64,000 nucleotides of DNA. Source: Sedimentisphaerales bacterium (lineage in GTDB: Bacteria; Planctomycetota; Phycisphaerae; Sedimentisphaerales; SM23-30). Numbering within the stretch: position 1 is the first letter of the stretch; each line of letters begins with the position of its first letter. Below are positions 28,901 through 36,817 of the stretch, piece after piece. Under the pieces are notes generated by a model. It was not told the DNA's origin. It saw only the letters and a list, made by a program, of their open reading frames with translations, and made no database searches. The stretch is taken from assembly GCA_963663965.2 (NCBI GenBank), contig CAXXFK010000013.1, positions 32,001 to 96,000 on the forward strand, given 5' to 3'. Made by a program: the position numbers and the translations under genes.

Positions 28901-31334
28901 GGCGCTGGCCGCGGCGTGCTGGGATTTTTGTTCCGATGAGGAACGTAAACAGCTGCTGGCGAGAAAAATTGAAGGAATCGGCCACCTGACGCGGGTATTT
29001 GAGGACCGGCAGGCGCAGCAGGTCTATATCGATCAGTTGCAGGAAATTCTGAAAAAAGCGGTTGATGCAAACGGATTATTTGATGCACAACGATTACCGG
29101 CCGCGGCGGAATACCTGTTTTTTGAATTGTCGGAAGGGGATGGGTTTGTTTTGAGCCAGACTGCCGGCGGATTAAAAGCGGCCTTTGAGGAGGCGTTAAA
29201 ACAAAGAAAAAGTCTGGAACATTTTCAAGATAGCATTGCCTCTCTGGCCAACGATCAGGCCGGTCGCTATCGGCTGGTGCGCGATTGGATCAGGGGTTAT
29301 CTGGCTGCCTGTGAGCCGGCATTGATGGAATATGATGATGAGATCGCCACGCTATATCTGGAATCAAATCCGGCTCGAACCGTGGTGGATCAATCGGTCG
29401 CTGTGTCACTAGAGGGTATGCTCGGATCGCACCGTTCGATTACCGAAGGCCGATATGAGCTGAATTATTGTCATTTTATCGAGCGGTTGCAGCGTCATGT
29501 GGCTGCCGATGCGCCGCAATTTATTACCTATCAGAAGACGTGTCAGGCGGTGGTTGAGCGTTATAGTGACCAGTTGCGATTGGATGAATACAAACCGCGA
29601 GTCCTGACAACCTTTGTTCGGAACCAGTTGATTGATAAAGTCTATCTGCCCTTGATCGGCGATAATCTGGCCAAGCAGATCGGCAGTGAAGGGGCCGATA
29701 AGCGGACCGATCGTCAGGGATTGCTTTTGCTGATCTCGCCGCCGGGTTATGGTAAAACAACCCTGATGGAATATGTGGCCAATCGCCTGGGATTGATCTT
29801 TATGAAGATCAATGGCCCGGCAATTGGCAGTCGGGTGACTTCTTTTGATCCGGAAGAAGCGCCCAACGCGGCCGCCCGGGAAGAACTGGCCAAGTTGAAC
29901 ACGGCCTTTGAGATGGGTGATAATGTCATGATTTATGTTGATGATATTCAGCATACCTCGCCCGAATTCCTCCAGAAGTTTATCTCGCTTTGCGATGCCC
30001 AGCGCCGGGTCGAAGGGGTCTATAACGGCCGGTCTCGCACCTATGACCTGCGGGGCAAGCGGGTGTGTGTGGTGATGGCGGGCAATCCCTACACCGAGAG
30101 CGGCGAAAAATTCAAGATCCCCGATATGCTGGCCAACCGGGCGGATACCTATAATATCGGTGATATCGTCGGGGACAATTATGATACGTTTGTCATGAGC
30201 TATCTGGAAAACTGCCTGACGGCTAATCCGGTGCTGAGCAAGCTGGCGGTTCGCAGTCAGGCGGATGTGTATACCATTATGCAACTGGCCGAAACCGGCC
30301 AGAAAGAGGGCATGGAGTTCGAGGGCAGTTATTCGGCGGATGAATTGAACGAATTTGTCGAAACGATGAAGAAATTGTTTGTGGTACGGAATGTCGTGTT
30401 GCGTGTGAATCAGGAATATATCCGGTCGGCCGCCCAGTCGGATGCTTATCGGACCGAACCGCCGTTCCTGCTGCAAGGCTCCTATCGCAATATGAATCGG
30501 ATCGCCGGCCGGGTAGTGCCGCTCATGAACGAACAGGAACTCTGGACACTGATCTTTGCCAGTTATGAACAGGATGCCCAGACCCTGACCAGCGGCGCGG
30601 AAAGCAACCTGCTCAAATTCCGGGAGTTGACCGACCGGTTGACGGATGATCAGGCCAGACGTTGGGCCGATATTAAACGAACCTTTAATCGTAATCTATT
30701 ATTAGGCGGCGATACGGAAGACAAGGCCGCCCAGATTGTACGGATGCTGGGGAGTTTTGGGGATGGCCTGACGGCAATACGCGAAACGCTTGCCGCCGGT
30801 GTTGGCGCCATGAGTCAGGCGGCCGCAAAACCACTGGCTGAGCCTGTCACTCAAGTGGATCAACAGGCCCCGCTGCGTGAGGTGGTCGATCGACTGGGTG
30901 ACATGGTGGCGGCGGTCCGGGAGAAAGGTGATGGAGAGACGCAACAGATGCAGGCGAATATTCATGCAGTGGTCGAAAAAATGTCAGAGGTGGCGGCGGC
31001 CATTAAAGACCAGCAGCAGCTTTTCCTGCAACAGCAGCAGATTCATGACGCCACGGAAATCAAACAGGATGCCGATATGCTGCTGTCAGTACTGGAAGAA
31101 CAGTACAAGACCATGCAGACCTGGCTGATGCGGGTCGTTCGCAACAAAGAAGGGCGGGAGAAATACGTTCAGGAACTGGTGGACCGTTTCGGATTTATGG
31201 TGACCGGTTATAGCCAGTTGATTGACTTTCTCAAGGAACATTATCAGGTGACTCCGCCAGTTTCAGAGGCGGATAAAAAGCCTGACAAATCCAAACGGGC
31301 AGAAAGTGGCAGGAATAAAAAAAGCCCTTCCTGA
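25908..31334 (+). CDS. Giant AAA+ ATPase (DUF3686 / so-called 'DNA repair ATPase' family): beta-rich N-terminal region, long coiled coil, C-terminal AAA+ module
   Basis: GSYEIIRNRL N-terminus, HISIEDRIFVETVGGDLTVKIEDNT, Walker A SPPGYGKTT, Walker B IYVDD, sensor MAGN, Arg finger LANR, LQGSYRNMN. Confidence 0.85.
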   Translation: MAENTTHANETAAAGGDQLQSGSYEIIRNRLLTHGKDLRQRLDQLNAARKEVFGAIETKLLASERITTDNNCVPRDMVCIGSKILFGYNVFIGLRSETVLTDVFAVYDWQDGAFNRTDLKLIEQDKFITDFKNLYKYYRQTVFAKFAVIGPHLFMVFRIGKSVTDVKTFKWLLRGDELVYLDNRSDHEFVFPPQHEFEWRRTTQDMHRGGANPHISIEDRIFVETVGGDLTVKIEDNTASGEGIYAEPVDNADQTLSDAEIYYAIVGNIILLKILPYQETRYRYLVYNEKVQQCTRIDAIREACVLLPDDHGLIFPRGCYLQTGERKQFDTDLKDMVYEKRIDSPNGEDYLYIFFNREQGAYVLLSYNLIEQKVATPIVCHGYLIMKDGTLLYFKDDGEPKKHHAVQTWQTPYYGPDHAIPVQQESELYKIGNKDIVKCMAECTELLNLSGKEESFVNLYIDISRKAQDILDSYFWIKNAATFTLADPLRQIQEAATAAIEEYEKVVRTRRNTRDQIDKTHKKVREIIDGIDFDTLTGIGQFVEGLSQLRSVRGEVVSLKDLNYTDLELVEALETEVAEVTEKLSGLCVEFLLTEEALTPYQELVAANGEQVKQVSKVTEVRELEQQIGQTATELDMLTEIVSNLKIEDATQTVAIIDNISLVFAELNKVKAVLKNRLNDLATTESKAEFASQIKLIDQTTINYLDVCHTPDKCDEYLTKVVVQLETLESKFADFDEFVLELTDKREEIYNAFESRKAQLVAARNQKAAALMTASERMLKGIENRIRDFADINQINGYFASDLMVERVRETIAKLLELGDSVKADDIKSRLKTLQQDGVRQLKDKQALYEDGETIIRLGDHRFSVNKQPLEGSLVRRDDQLYFHLSGTGFYQHVLDEGLESTRDVWDMQAVSENNRVYRGEYLAYLLLRELKQAPAELDSLRQGGLEAILNRVRQFMAPRYAEGYVKGVHDHDAALILERLIHLESTIGLLRYTSRTRALAAACWDFCSDEERKQLLARKIEGIGHLTRVFEDRQAQQVYIDQLQEILKKAVDANGLFDAQRLPAAAEYLFFELSEGDGFVLSQTAGGLKAAFEEALKQRKSLEHFQDSIASLANDQAGRYRLVRDWIRGYLAACEPALMEYDDEIATLYLESNPARTVVDQSVAVSLEGMLGSHRSITEGRYELNYCHFIERLQRHVAADAPQFITYQKTCQAVVERYSDQLRLDEYKPRVLTTFVRNQLIDKVYLPLIGDNLAKQIGSEGADKRTDRQGLLLLISPPGYGKTTLMEYVANRLGLIFMKINGPAIGSRVTSFDPEEAPNAAAREELAKLNTAFEMGDNVMIYVDDIQHTSPEFLQKFISLCDAQRRVEGVYNGRSRTYDLRGKRVCVVMAGNPYTESGEKFKIPDMLANRADTYNIGDIVGDNYDTFVMSYLENCLTANPVLSKLAVRSQADVYTIMQLAETGQKEGMEFEGSYSADELNEFVETMKKLFVVRNVVLRVNQEYIRSAAQSDAYRTEPPFLLQGSYRNMNRIAGRVVPLMNEQELWTLIFASYEQDAQTLTSGAESNLLKFRELTDRLTDDQARRWADIKRTFNRNLLLGGDTEDKAAQIVRMLGSFGDGLTAIRETLAAGVGAMSQAAAKPLAEPVTQVDQQAPLREVVDRLGDMVAAVREKGDGETQQMQANIHAVVEKMSEVAAAIKDQQQLFLQQQQIHDATEIKQDADMLLSVLEEQYKTMQTWLMRVVRNKEGREKYVQELVDRFGFMVTGYSQLIDFLKEHYQVTPPVSEADKKPDKSKRAESGRNKKSPS

Positions 31335-31348
31335 GGTCAGGAAGGGCT
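31323..31348. terminator. Hairpin between convergent genes (probable bidirectional terminator)
   Basis: AGCCCTTCCTG-AGGT-CAGGAAGGGCT, preceded by an A run that gives a T tail on the minus strand. Confidence 0.8.
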
Positions 31349-31378
31349 GGTCAAGATTATGTAAATTAGCTGGAGCGG

Positions 31379-34300
31379 TTACGCCAGGGTATTCATCACG
31401 GTTTTGATCACGAAATCATCGGTATCGCTGGAATCATCCAGTTTAATTCTGGAGGTGTCGCCAGAGACATAGAAACCGAATTCAACCCCATTATTGGTGC
31501 GTTGTACGGCTTTGCCTGAAACCGAACCGATTTTACCGCCGTTATTGATGTATTCGGCGCCACTGGGTAACAACGAATACAGATCGTTGTAAATGGTCTC
31601 GGTCATAACGCCGGCTGTGACATAAGAGGCTTTGAATTCGCCGCCGAATTTAATCGATTTGATTTCACCGGCGGTCAGGTCGCCATCGTCAGTCGCGCTC
31701 TCGACGGACAGGCCGATATCATAACCAGCCAGTACGTACGAATCAATGATGTCGGTCTTGATACTGACGGATCCCAGATAATCAGTTACACTGATTACGG
31801 CAGATTCCAGACTTTCCGCTTTAATCGATTTGATGTTCTGAGCACGAAGAGCACCGTCGAGCATGCCCTTGCTGCTGATCTTGCCGATATCCTGGGAGGC
31901 CATCAGGAAGCCGCTGATATCTTTACCGGCGCTAACCGATTTGATGCTTCCACTGGAAGCGCTGATATCGCCATTGATACCGCCCAGTCTGGTTTTCACC
32001 GATCCGATATCACTACCGGTTAAATTACCGCTGATTTCGCCATAGACCGAAACAGAACCAATCGATTCACTGGTTTTGACCGATCCGGTCAGGTCGCCGC
32101 GTTTAATCGTCAGTTTTTTCAGGCTGTTGGCGGTCAGGTTGTCGACGGCTTCACCGTTGTGGTCACTGAGGAATTCAGTGGCCTGGAACGACTTGATGTC
32201 ACCATTGATGGAGAAGAGGACATGATCGATCACATCGTCATGGTTCAGGTCAGTACCGATCCGATCGGCTTTGATGGTCATTGGCTTGGAGGATGGCGAG
32301 TTACCGATAGCGATCGAGGCCCCTTCGGCGATATCGTTCAGATAAAGTGAGGCCAGCGATCCGCTGATATTAATGTTGTTATTCAAACTCAAATTCGGCG
32401 CTTTAATAGATTTGAGGCTGCCCGAATCCAGGGTCATTATGGATCCGATCGTTACATCGCCATCGCTCTTGATGGTTAAGGTACTTTTTTCAGTGGTACC
32501 TAATAATTCGATCAAAGCAATGTCAGCATAATTAGTTGCGCCTTCATTGAGATAGACTTTAGCCGTTCCTTCGTTTAGGCTGATCAGAACCCGGTTGCCA
32601 TCGGCGTCAAAGAACGGCAAAGACTTGCCTTTGGATACTTCCTGAAGTGGCTGCCCCTGGCTGGTGCCGCTTACCGTGAAAGTATTGATGTTTTCATTCA
32701 GATCGTCGCTGTAGATAGTAAATAGTGAATCGCTGGTGCCGGTGACACTGGGATCGTAATACAGATTGATCGTTTCAGTGTGACCCGCTGCGATGATGTA
32801 AGACGTCTGGGTTCCCAGTGAGAACTGATTGTCTTCGCTGGTCCAGGAAATATGCAGGGGAGCCGTGCCATCCGCATTGGAGATGGTGACCGGTATGGTT
32901 TGCGATTGCCCCATATCGGTAACGCCGAAATCGATAGTCTGCGGATAGGTGCCGTCTGACAGAGTAATGTCGATTTCGGGTGTCAGCGCGACGCTATCCA
33001 GCTGTATGGTACGCTGGTTGGGCAGATTGTAATTGATGATCAAAGAGCCGCTGTAATCGCCGGCAATGGGAGTGGGTACTACAAAGACGCATTTAAAGGC
33101 CAGGGATTCGCCGGGTTCCAGATCATAACCCCCGGGGATGCCGATATCCGTTGCGTTGGGATTGCCAATGCCAAAACCTTCGCCCTCGATAAAGACCGAG
33201 TAAATGGTCAGGTTACTGGTGCCGGTATTGACGACACTGAAAATGCGTGAAGTCTGCGGCTGGGGATTCGCGTAGGTGATGGTGACCGGATTGAAGGTTA
33301 GCGTGTCTGTTAGACTCTGGCCCTGGCTGTCTCTGACGGTGATCGCGGTGTTTAACGCGAAGCCGCTCAGCAGCACTTCATGGCTGCCGGCAAAATCGGT
33401 ATCGATGGTTAATTTGCCGCTGGAGAAACCTTCCATCGTCGCCAGGAACTGGACATCCACTTCCAGACGATTGACTTCGCCGGGAAGCAGTTCGACCATG
33501 GTGATATCCGTAATATCCGTGGCAATGCCATTGCTGTCGATTAACCGCATGTCCGCGATGATATACTGGTCATTGAGCGAGTCAATGGCCAGGTCACTGT
33601 TGAATTTCATGATTCCATTGCCTGAATTGGTCAGGGTCATCGTTTCGACAGCCTGCGTGGTGGTCTGGTTGGCGATGGTTCGGTTGCCGAAGTTGAGCTG
33701 GTTATCATCAACTACGCCCGCGGTTTCGCTGATGACCAGCGCAGGATCAACGGAATTGCCTTCCAGGGCCAGAGTATAAGAATAGAATTGGCTCTCGTCG
33801 CTGCTGTCGATCGTCAAGGTGGCATGGTTGGTATTAATGACAGTTGGAAAGTATTCCACCGATAAGGTGACATTTTCATTGGCTTTCAGCGTAACGCCGC
33901 TGCCGATCAGCGCCTGGGATGCCGCCGAAAGTTTAAACGGGGCAGGCATTAAGATATCATTGACCACCAGGTCCTGGTTGCCCAGGTTCGCCAGGAGAAA
34001 TTCCTGGGTAGCGGTTGATCCAACCTGTACGCTGCCGAATTCCAGTTTGTCATCATTGGCGATATTGGAGCTTTCCAGAACATGCAGGTCCGGTCCCTGG
34101 ATTGTCCCGGTCAGCGTGACGTGGTATTCCGCATTGGCCGACTTGATAATCACAGAATCGGTCAATGTTGCCGGGTCCGCGCCATCGCCGAATTCCTGCG
34201 GGCTGAATTGAACCCAGATCGCGCGATGTTCACCCGGCTGCACCGGGATGCCGCTGAGTTCATCCGTATTCAGAACGAAATTGTTATCGGTTTCGTTAAG

Positions 34301-35911
34301 GTCAATAACATTCACGGTAATAGCGGAATCACCGCGGTTGTAAACTCCGATGAAATTCTGGTTGGGCGGGGTCGTATTGCCGATAGTGAAGTTGCCGAAA
34401 TCGATCGAATAGTCATAAACTACGTTCGTGTTATCGTAGACAATGATGTCATAGGGATCGATAAACAACGGCTCCAGAACGGCGGTATTGTTCGTGTAGT
34501 TGGTTTCATCGATTGCCCGGTCAGGGTTCACTGTGGCGAACAGGTAATACTGACCGTCAAGTCCGGCAGGTATTTCAACTTCTGACAATACCGTAAAGGT
34601 ATCGCCGGCCAGCGCGGTCAACGGGGTAACGGTCGAATCATTCAGAAGGGTTGATGTCAGAGCCGTATCTCCGGCATCCAGGATATTGTCCAGGCTCAAA
34701 ACAAACTGAATATTCGGGTAATCGATAATATTGCCATCGCCAACATTCTCAACGGTTACTTCGACCTGCAACGAGGTGCCGGACTGGGCGTAGAGATCGA
34801 AAGGCAGTTCCGGCAGATGGATTTCGGACGGGGACATGTCCCCGGTTACCCCGCTGCCATAAAGAGAGATTTTGAACTGTTCGTCCAGATCGATCTGGTT
34901 GTTGAGGTTGGTATCGATTTCCAGGCTGAAATAACCTTCCCTTTCGCCGGCTTGTGAAGGCATAAACCAGATCGGAACATTTAAAGTTGAATTGGGTTGC
35001 AGGGTGAAGATAGAATCCGATTCGCCCAGAGTCACACTGTAGCTGTTGTTGCCTTTATAAACACCTGAACTGGTATTGGTATAGGAGACCAGGCGAACAT
35101 AATAGGCGCCGTCGCCAAAAATCGGAAACTCCAGGGTATTGCGTGTCAGTTCATCTTGAGAGAATACCGTATCCCCCAGTTGATTGAATACCGTTAGTTC
35201 AATATTGGATTCTGTGGGAGCATTGGTGTTCAGATCCAGGCTGATAAGGTCGCCATAATTGCCATCGAAACTGAACCAGGCCTCGTCATCGCCCTGGCTG
35301 GTTGTCAAAAAACCGTTGGATGGAAGATTGGTGGATAATGGCTTAACCACTTCTTTGGTGGTCAGAGCGGCGATCGTATATTCACCGGTATCGCCCATTC
35401 CGCTGACCCGAACGTAATATTCACCCGTATAAGGAGTAATCAAGGTATCGCTTACGCCTTCGAGGTGCGTGTTAATCTGATTGCCGTAAACACTGTAAAC
35501 CGTTATGAAGGCGTTAGACTGTATGTCGATCACCTGATTGGCAGTGGCTTCCAGAACATACCAGTCCTGGTCGTTGATGACCTCAATCAGATCAGTGATG
35601 ATCGAATTTAATGGGAGAGGGGAAAACGTTTCGGTCGAACTCGAAAATCCCGGGGGGGTTTGGATGCTGGCCGGGTATTCCAGTGTGAAGTTGGCATCGG
35701 AAACCGCCATATCGGAATCCGGATTCAAACTGAATTTTGTGATTGTCAACGGCTGATTGCCGCCATTAAAAATCGAGATCTGTTCCGGAGCGCTGCTCCA
35801 ACCCGTCAGGGTTTCTGGGAAACTGATTTCGAAATCGTCATTAGGCACATACGAATCAGTGACGCTGACTGATAATAGACAACGCGTTTCCAGTGCTTCT
35901 AATTTAAGCAT
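31379..35911 (-). CDS. 1510-aa surface protein: LExLExRxLL motif, PPC-like, CARDB-like and multiple choice-of-anchor-D/ASH Ig-like domains, C-terminal beta-solenoid
   Basis: MLKLEALETRCLLS, repeated [IL].FG.V..G......N.G...L.I pattern, VNPDRAIDETNYTNN (CARDB-like), GGAG RBS. Confidence 0.85.
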   Translation of the reverse strand: MLKLEALETRCLLSVSVTDSYVPNDDFEISFPETLTGWSSAPEQISIFNGGNQPLTITKFSLNPDSDMAVSDANFTLEYPASIQTPPGFSSSTETFSPLPLNSIITDLIEVINDQDWYVLEATANQVIDIQSNAFITVYSVYGNQINTHLEGVSDTLITPYTGEYYVRVSGMGDTGEYTIAALTTKEVVKPLSTNLPSNGFLTTSQGDDEAWFSFDGNYGDLISLDLNTNAPTESNIELTVFNQLGDTVFSQDELTRNTLEFPIFGDGAYYVRLVSYTNTSSGVYKGNNSYSVTLGESDSIFTLQPNSTLNVPIWFMPSQAGEREGYFSLEIDTNLNNQIDLDEQFKISLYGSGVTGDMSPSEIHLPELPFDLYAQSGTSLQVEVTVENVGDGNIIDYPNIQFVLSLDNILDAGDTALTSTLLNDSTVTPLTALAGDTFTVLSEVEIPAGLDGQYYLFATVNPDRAIDETNYTNNTAVLEPLFIDPYDIIVYDNTNVVYDYSIDFGNFTIGNTTPPNQNFIGVYNRGDSAITVNVIDLNETDNNFVLNTDELSGIPVQPGEHRAIWVQFSPQEFGDGADPATLTDSVIIKSANAEYHVTLTGTIQGPDLHVLESSNIANDDKLEFGSVQVGSTATQEFLLANLGNQDLVVNDILMPAPFKLSAASQALIGSGVTLKANENVTLSVEYFPTVINTNHATLTIDSSDESQFYSYTLALEGNSVDPALVISETAGVVDDNQLNFGNRTIANQTTTQAVETMTLTNSGNGIMKFNSDLAIDSLNDQYIIADMRLIDSNGIATDITDITMVELLPGEVNRLEVDVQFLATMEGFSSGKLTIDTDFAGSHEVLLSGFALNTAITVRDSQGQSLTDTLTFNPVTITYANPQPQTSRIFSVVNTGTSNLTIYSVFIEGEGFGIGNPNATDIGIPGGYDLEPGESLAFKCVFVVPTPIAGDYSGSLIINYNLPNQRTIQLDSVALTPEIDITLSDGTYPQTIDFGVTDMGQSQTIPVTISNADGTAPLHISWTSEDNQFSLGTQTSYIIAAGHTETINLYYDPSVTGTSDSLFTIYSDDLNENINTFTVSGTSQGQPLQEVSKGKSLPFFDADGNRVLISLNEGTAKVYLNEGATNYADIALIELLGTTEKSTLTIKSDGDVTIGSIMTLDSGSLKSIKAPNLSLNNNINISGSLASLYLNDIAEGASIAIGNSPSSKPMTIKADRIGTDLNHDDVIDHVLFSINGDIKSFQATEFLSDHNGEAVDNLTANSLKKLTIKRGDLTGSVKTSESIGSVSVYGEISGNLTGSDIGSVKTRLGGINGDISASSGSIKSVSAGKDISGFLMASQDIGKISSKGMLDGALRAQNIKSIKAESLESAVISVTDYLGSVSIKTDIIDSYVLAGYDIGLSVESATDDGDLTAGEIKSIKFGGEFKASYVTAGVMTETIYNDLYSLLPSGAEYINNGGKIGSVSGKAVQRTNNGVEFGFYVSGDTSRIKLDDSSDTDDFVIKTVMNTLA

Positions 35912-36549
35912 GATTATTACTCCAAGGTATTCAGGCGAGTCAGTTATCAGGCTGAAATCCGGTTCTGTATGGGTCGGTTATATAACCGGAAGTTTAGAGC
36001 ATTGCGCTCTTACCTGGCTTATTATTCATGATAAAAAAAATAGCATAATTATGTCAAGAATAATCGGGTTGATAACCGAACATATATTAATTGGCTGGGT
36101 CCTATCTTTCGTAAAATATATACAAGTTGCCTATTTTAACAGGTATTTCAGGATTATTACCAAAAATATCATACTTATCGCGATAACGGGGTGTGTCTGG
36201 TTATTGGGCTGACATGGTTTCAGGTTGGGGGGGGGAATCTATAATCCAAACCGTAACTATAGTTACTCATATAAATCGTTAAATGTATGTTAATAAAAAG
36301 CTTAAATTAAATTCAGCTGAGGGTGCGATATTTGGTATTTATAGGAAAAAATTAGCAAAAAATATGTATCTTATTTTCAATAAACAAGTTATGTCGATAT
36401 GGCCATACGGAAGAATCAAGGAAAACAGGTTTTTGATAAAAACAATTTTATGATCATCAGATGGTTTAAGTCGGTGGTCCGCCCAGCAATTGCGAGTGTT
36501 ATCGATTGGAATAGCGATTTTGTATCTTTAGTCCAGGCTTAGATTTTAC

Positions 36550-36578
36550 TTGCCTGAAAGTGGCCTTTTAGTAATAAT
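36550..36578 (+). promoter_or_regulatory. Putative sigma70-type promoter for the multidomain secreted gene (implies a ~230-nt leader)
   Basis: TTGCCT-17 nt-AATAAT. Confidence 0.35.
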
Positions 36579-36817
36579 AGACTGCATCAGACTGAGATCA
36601 TTAGGGGGAAGAACGCTGCACAAGTCTGAGCCATCCCCAGTATAATTAACTAAAGTGGCGTCATTTTTCCTAAGATAAAGAAAAAAGCTAAGTTATGCAT
36701 TTGGAGAACTGAGATTTGCCAGCGGTGAGACTGCACGACAACTCGGTGATCCATGGACTGAAGTTCAATATTTTATATCATACATGATTGCTGCTGTTCA
36801 GGCAGCGAGGAGAGAAT

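Noticed and set aside
29409..30476. 355-aa antisense ORF in the giant ATPase
   Set aside because: Overlaps the conserved AAA+ module; no independent coding signal
25908..31334. Literal 'DNA repair' or SMC/Rad50 function for the giant ATPase
   Set aside because: Walker A and B lie together in a C-terminal AAA+ module rather than split as in SMC; no ABC signature or hinge/hook; the context is membrane genes
35757..36212. 151-aa plus-strand ORF in the divergent spacer
   Set aside because: TTG start, overlaps the 1510-aa gene on the opposite strand, AT-rich promoter-like sequence, no motif
36585..36770. CTGAGA motifs considered as a TPP riboswitch; also compared with c-di-GMP and cobalamin riboswitches
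   Set aside because: The other conserved elements of these classes are absent; kept only as an unassigned leader
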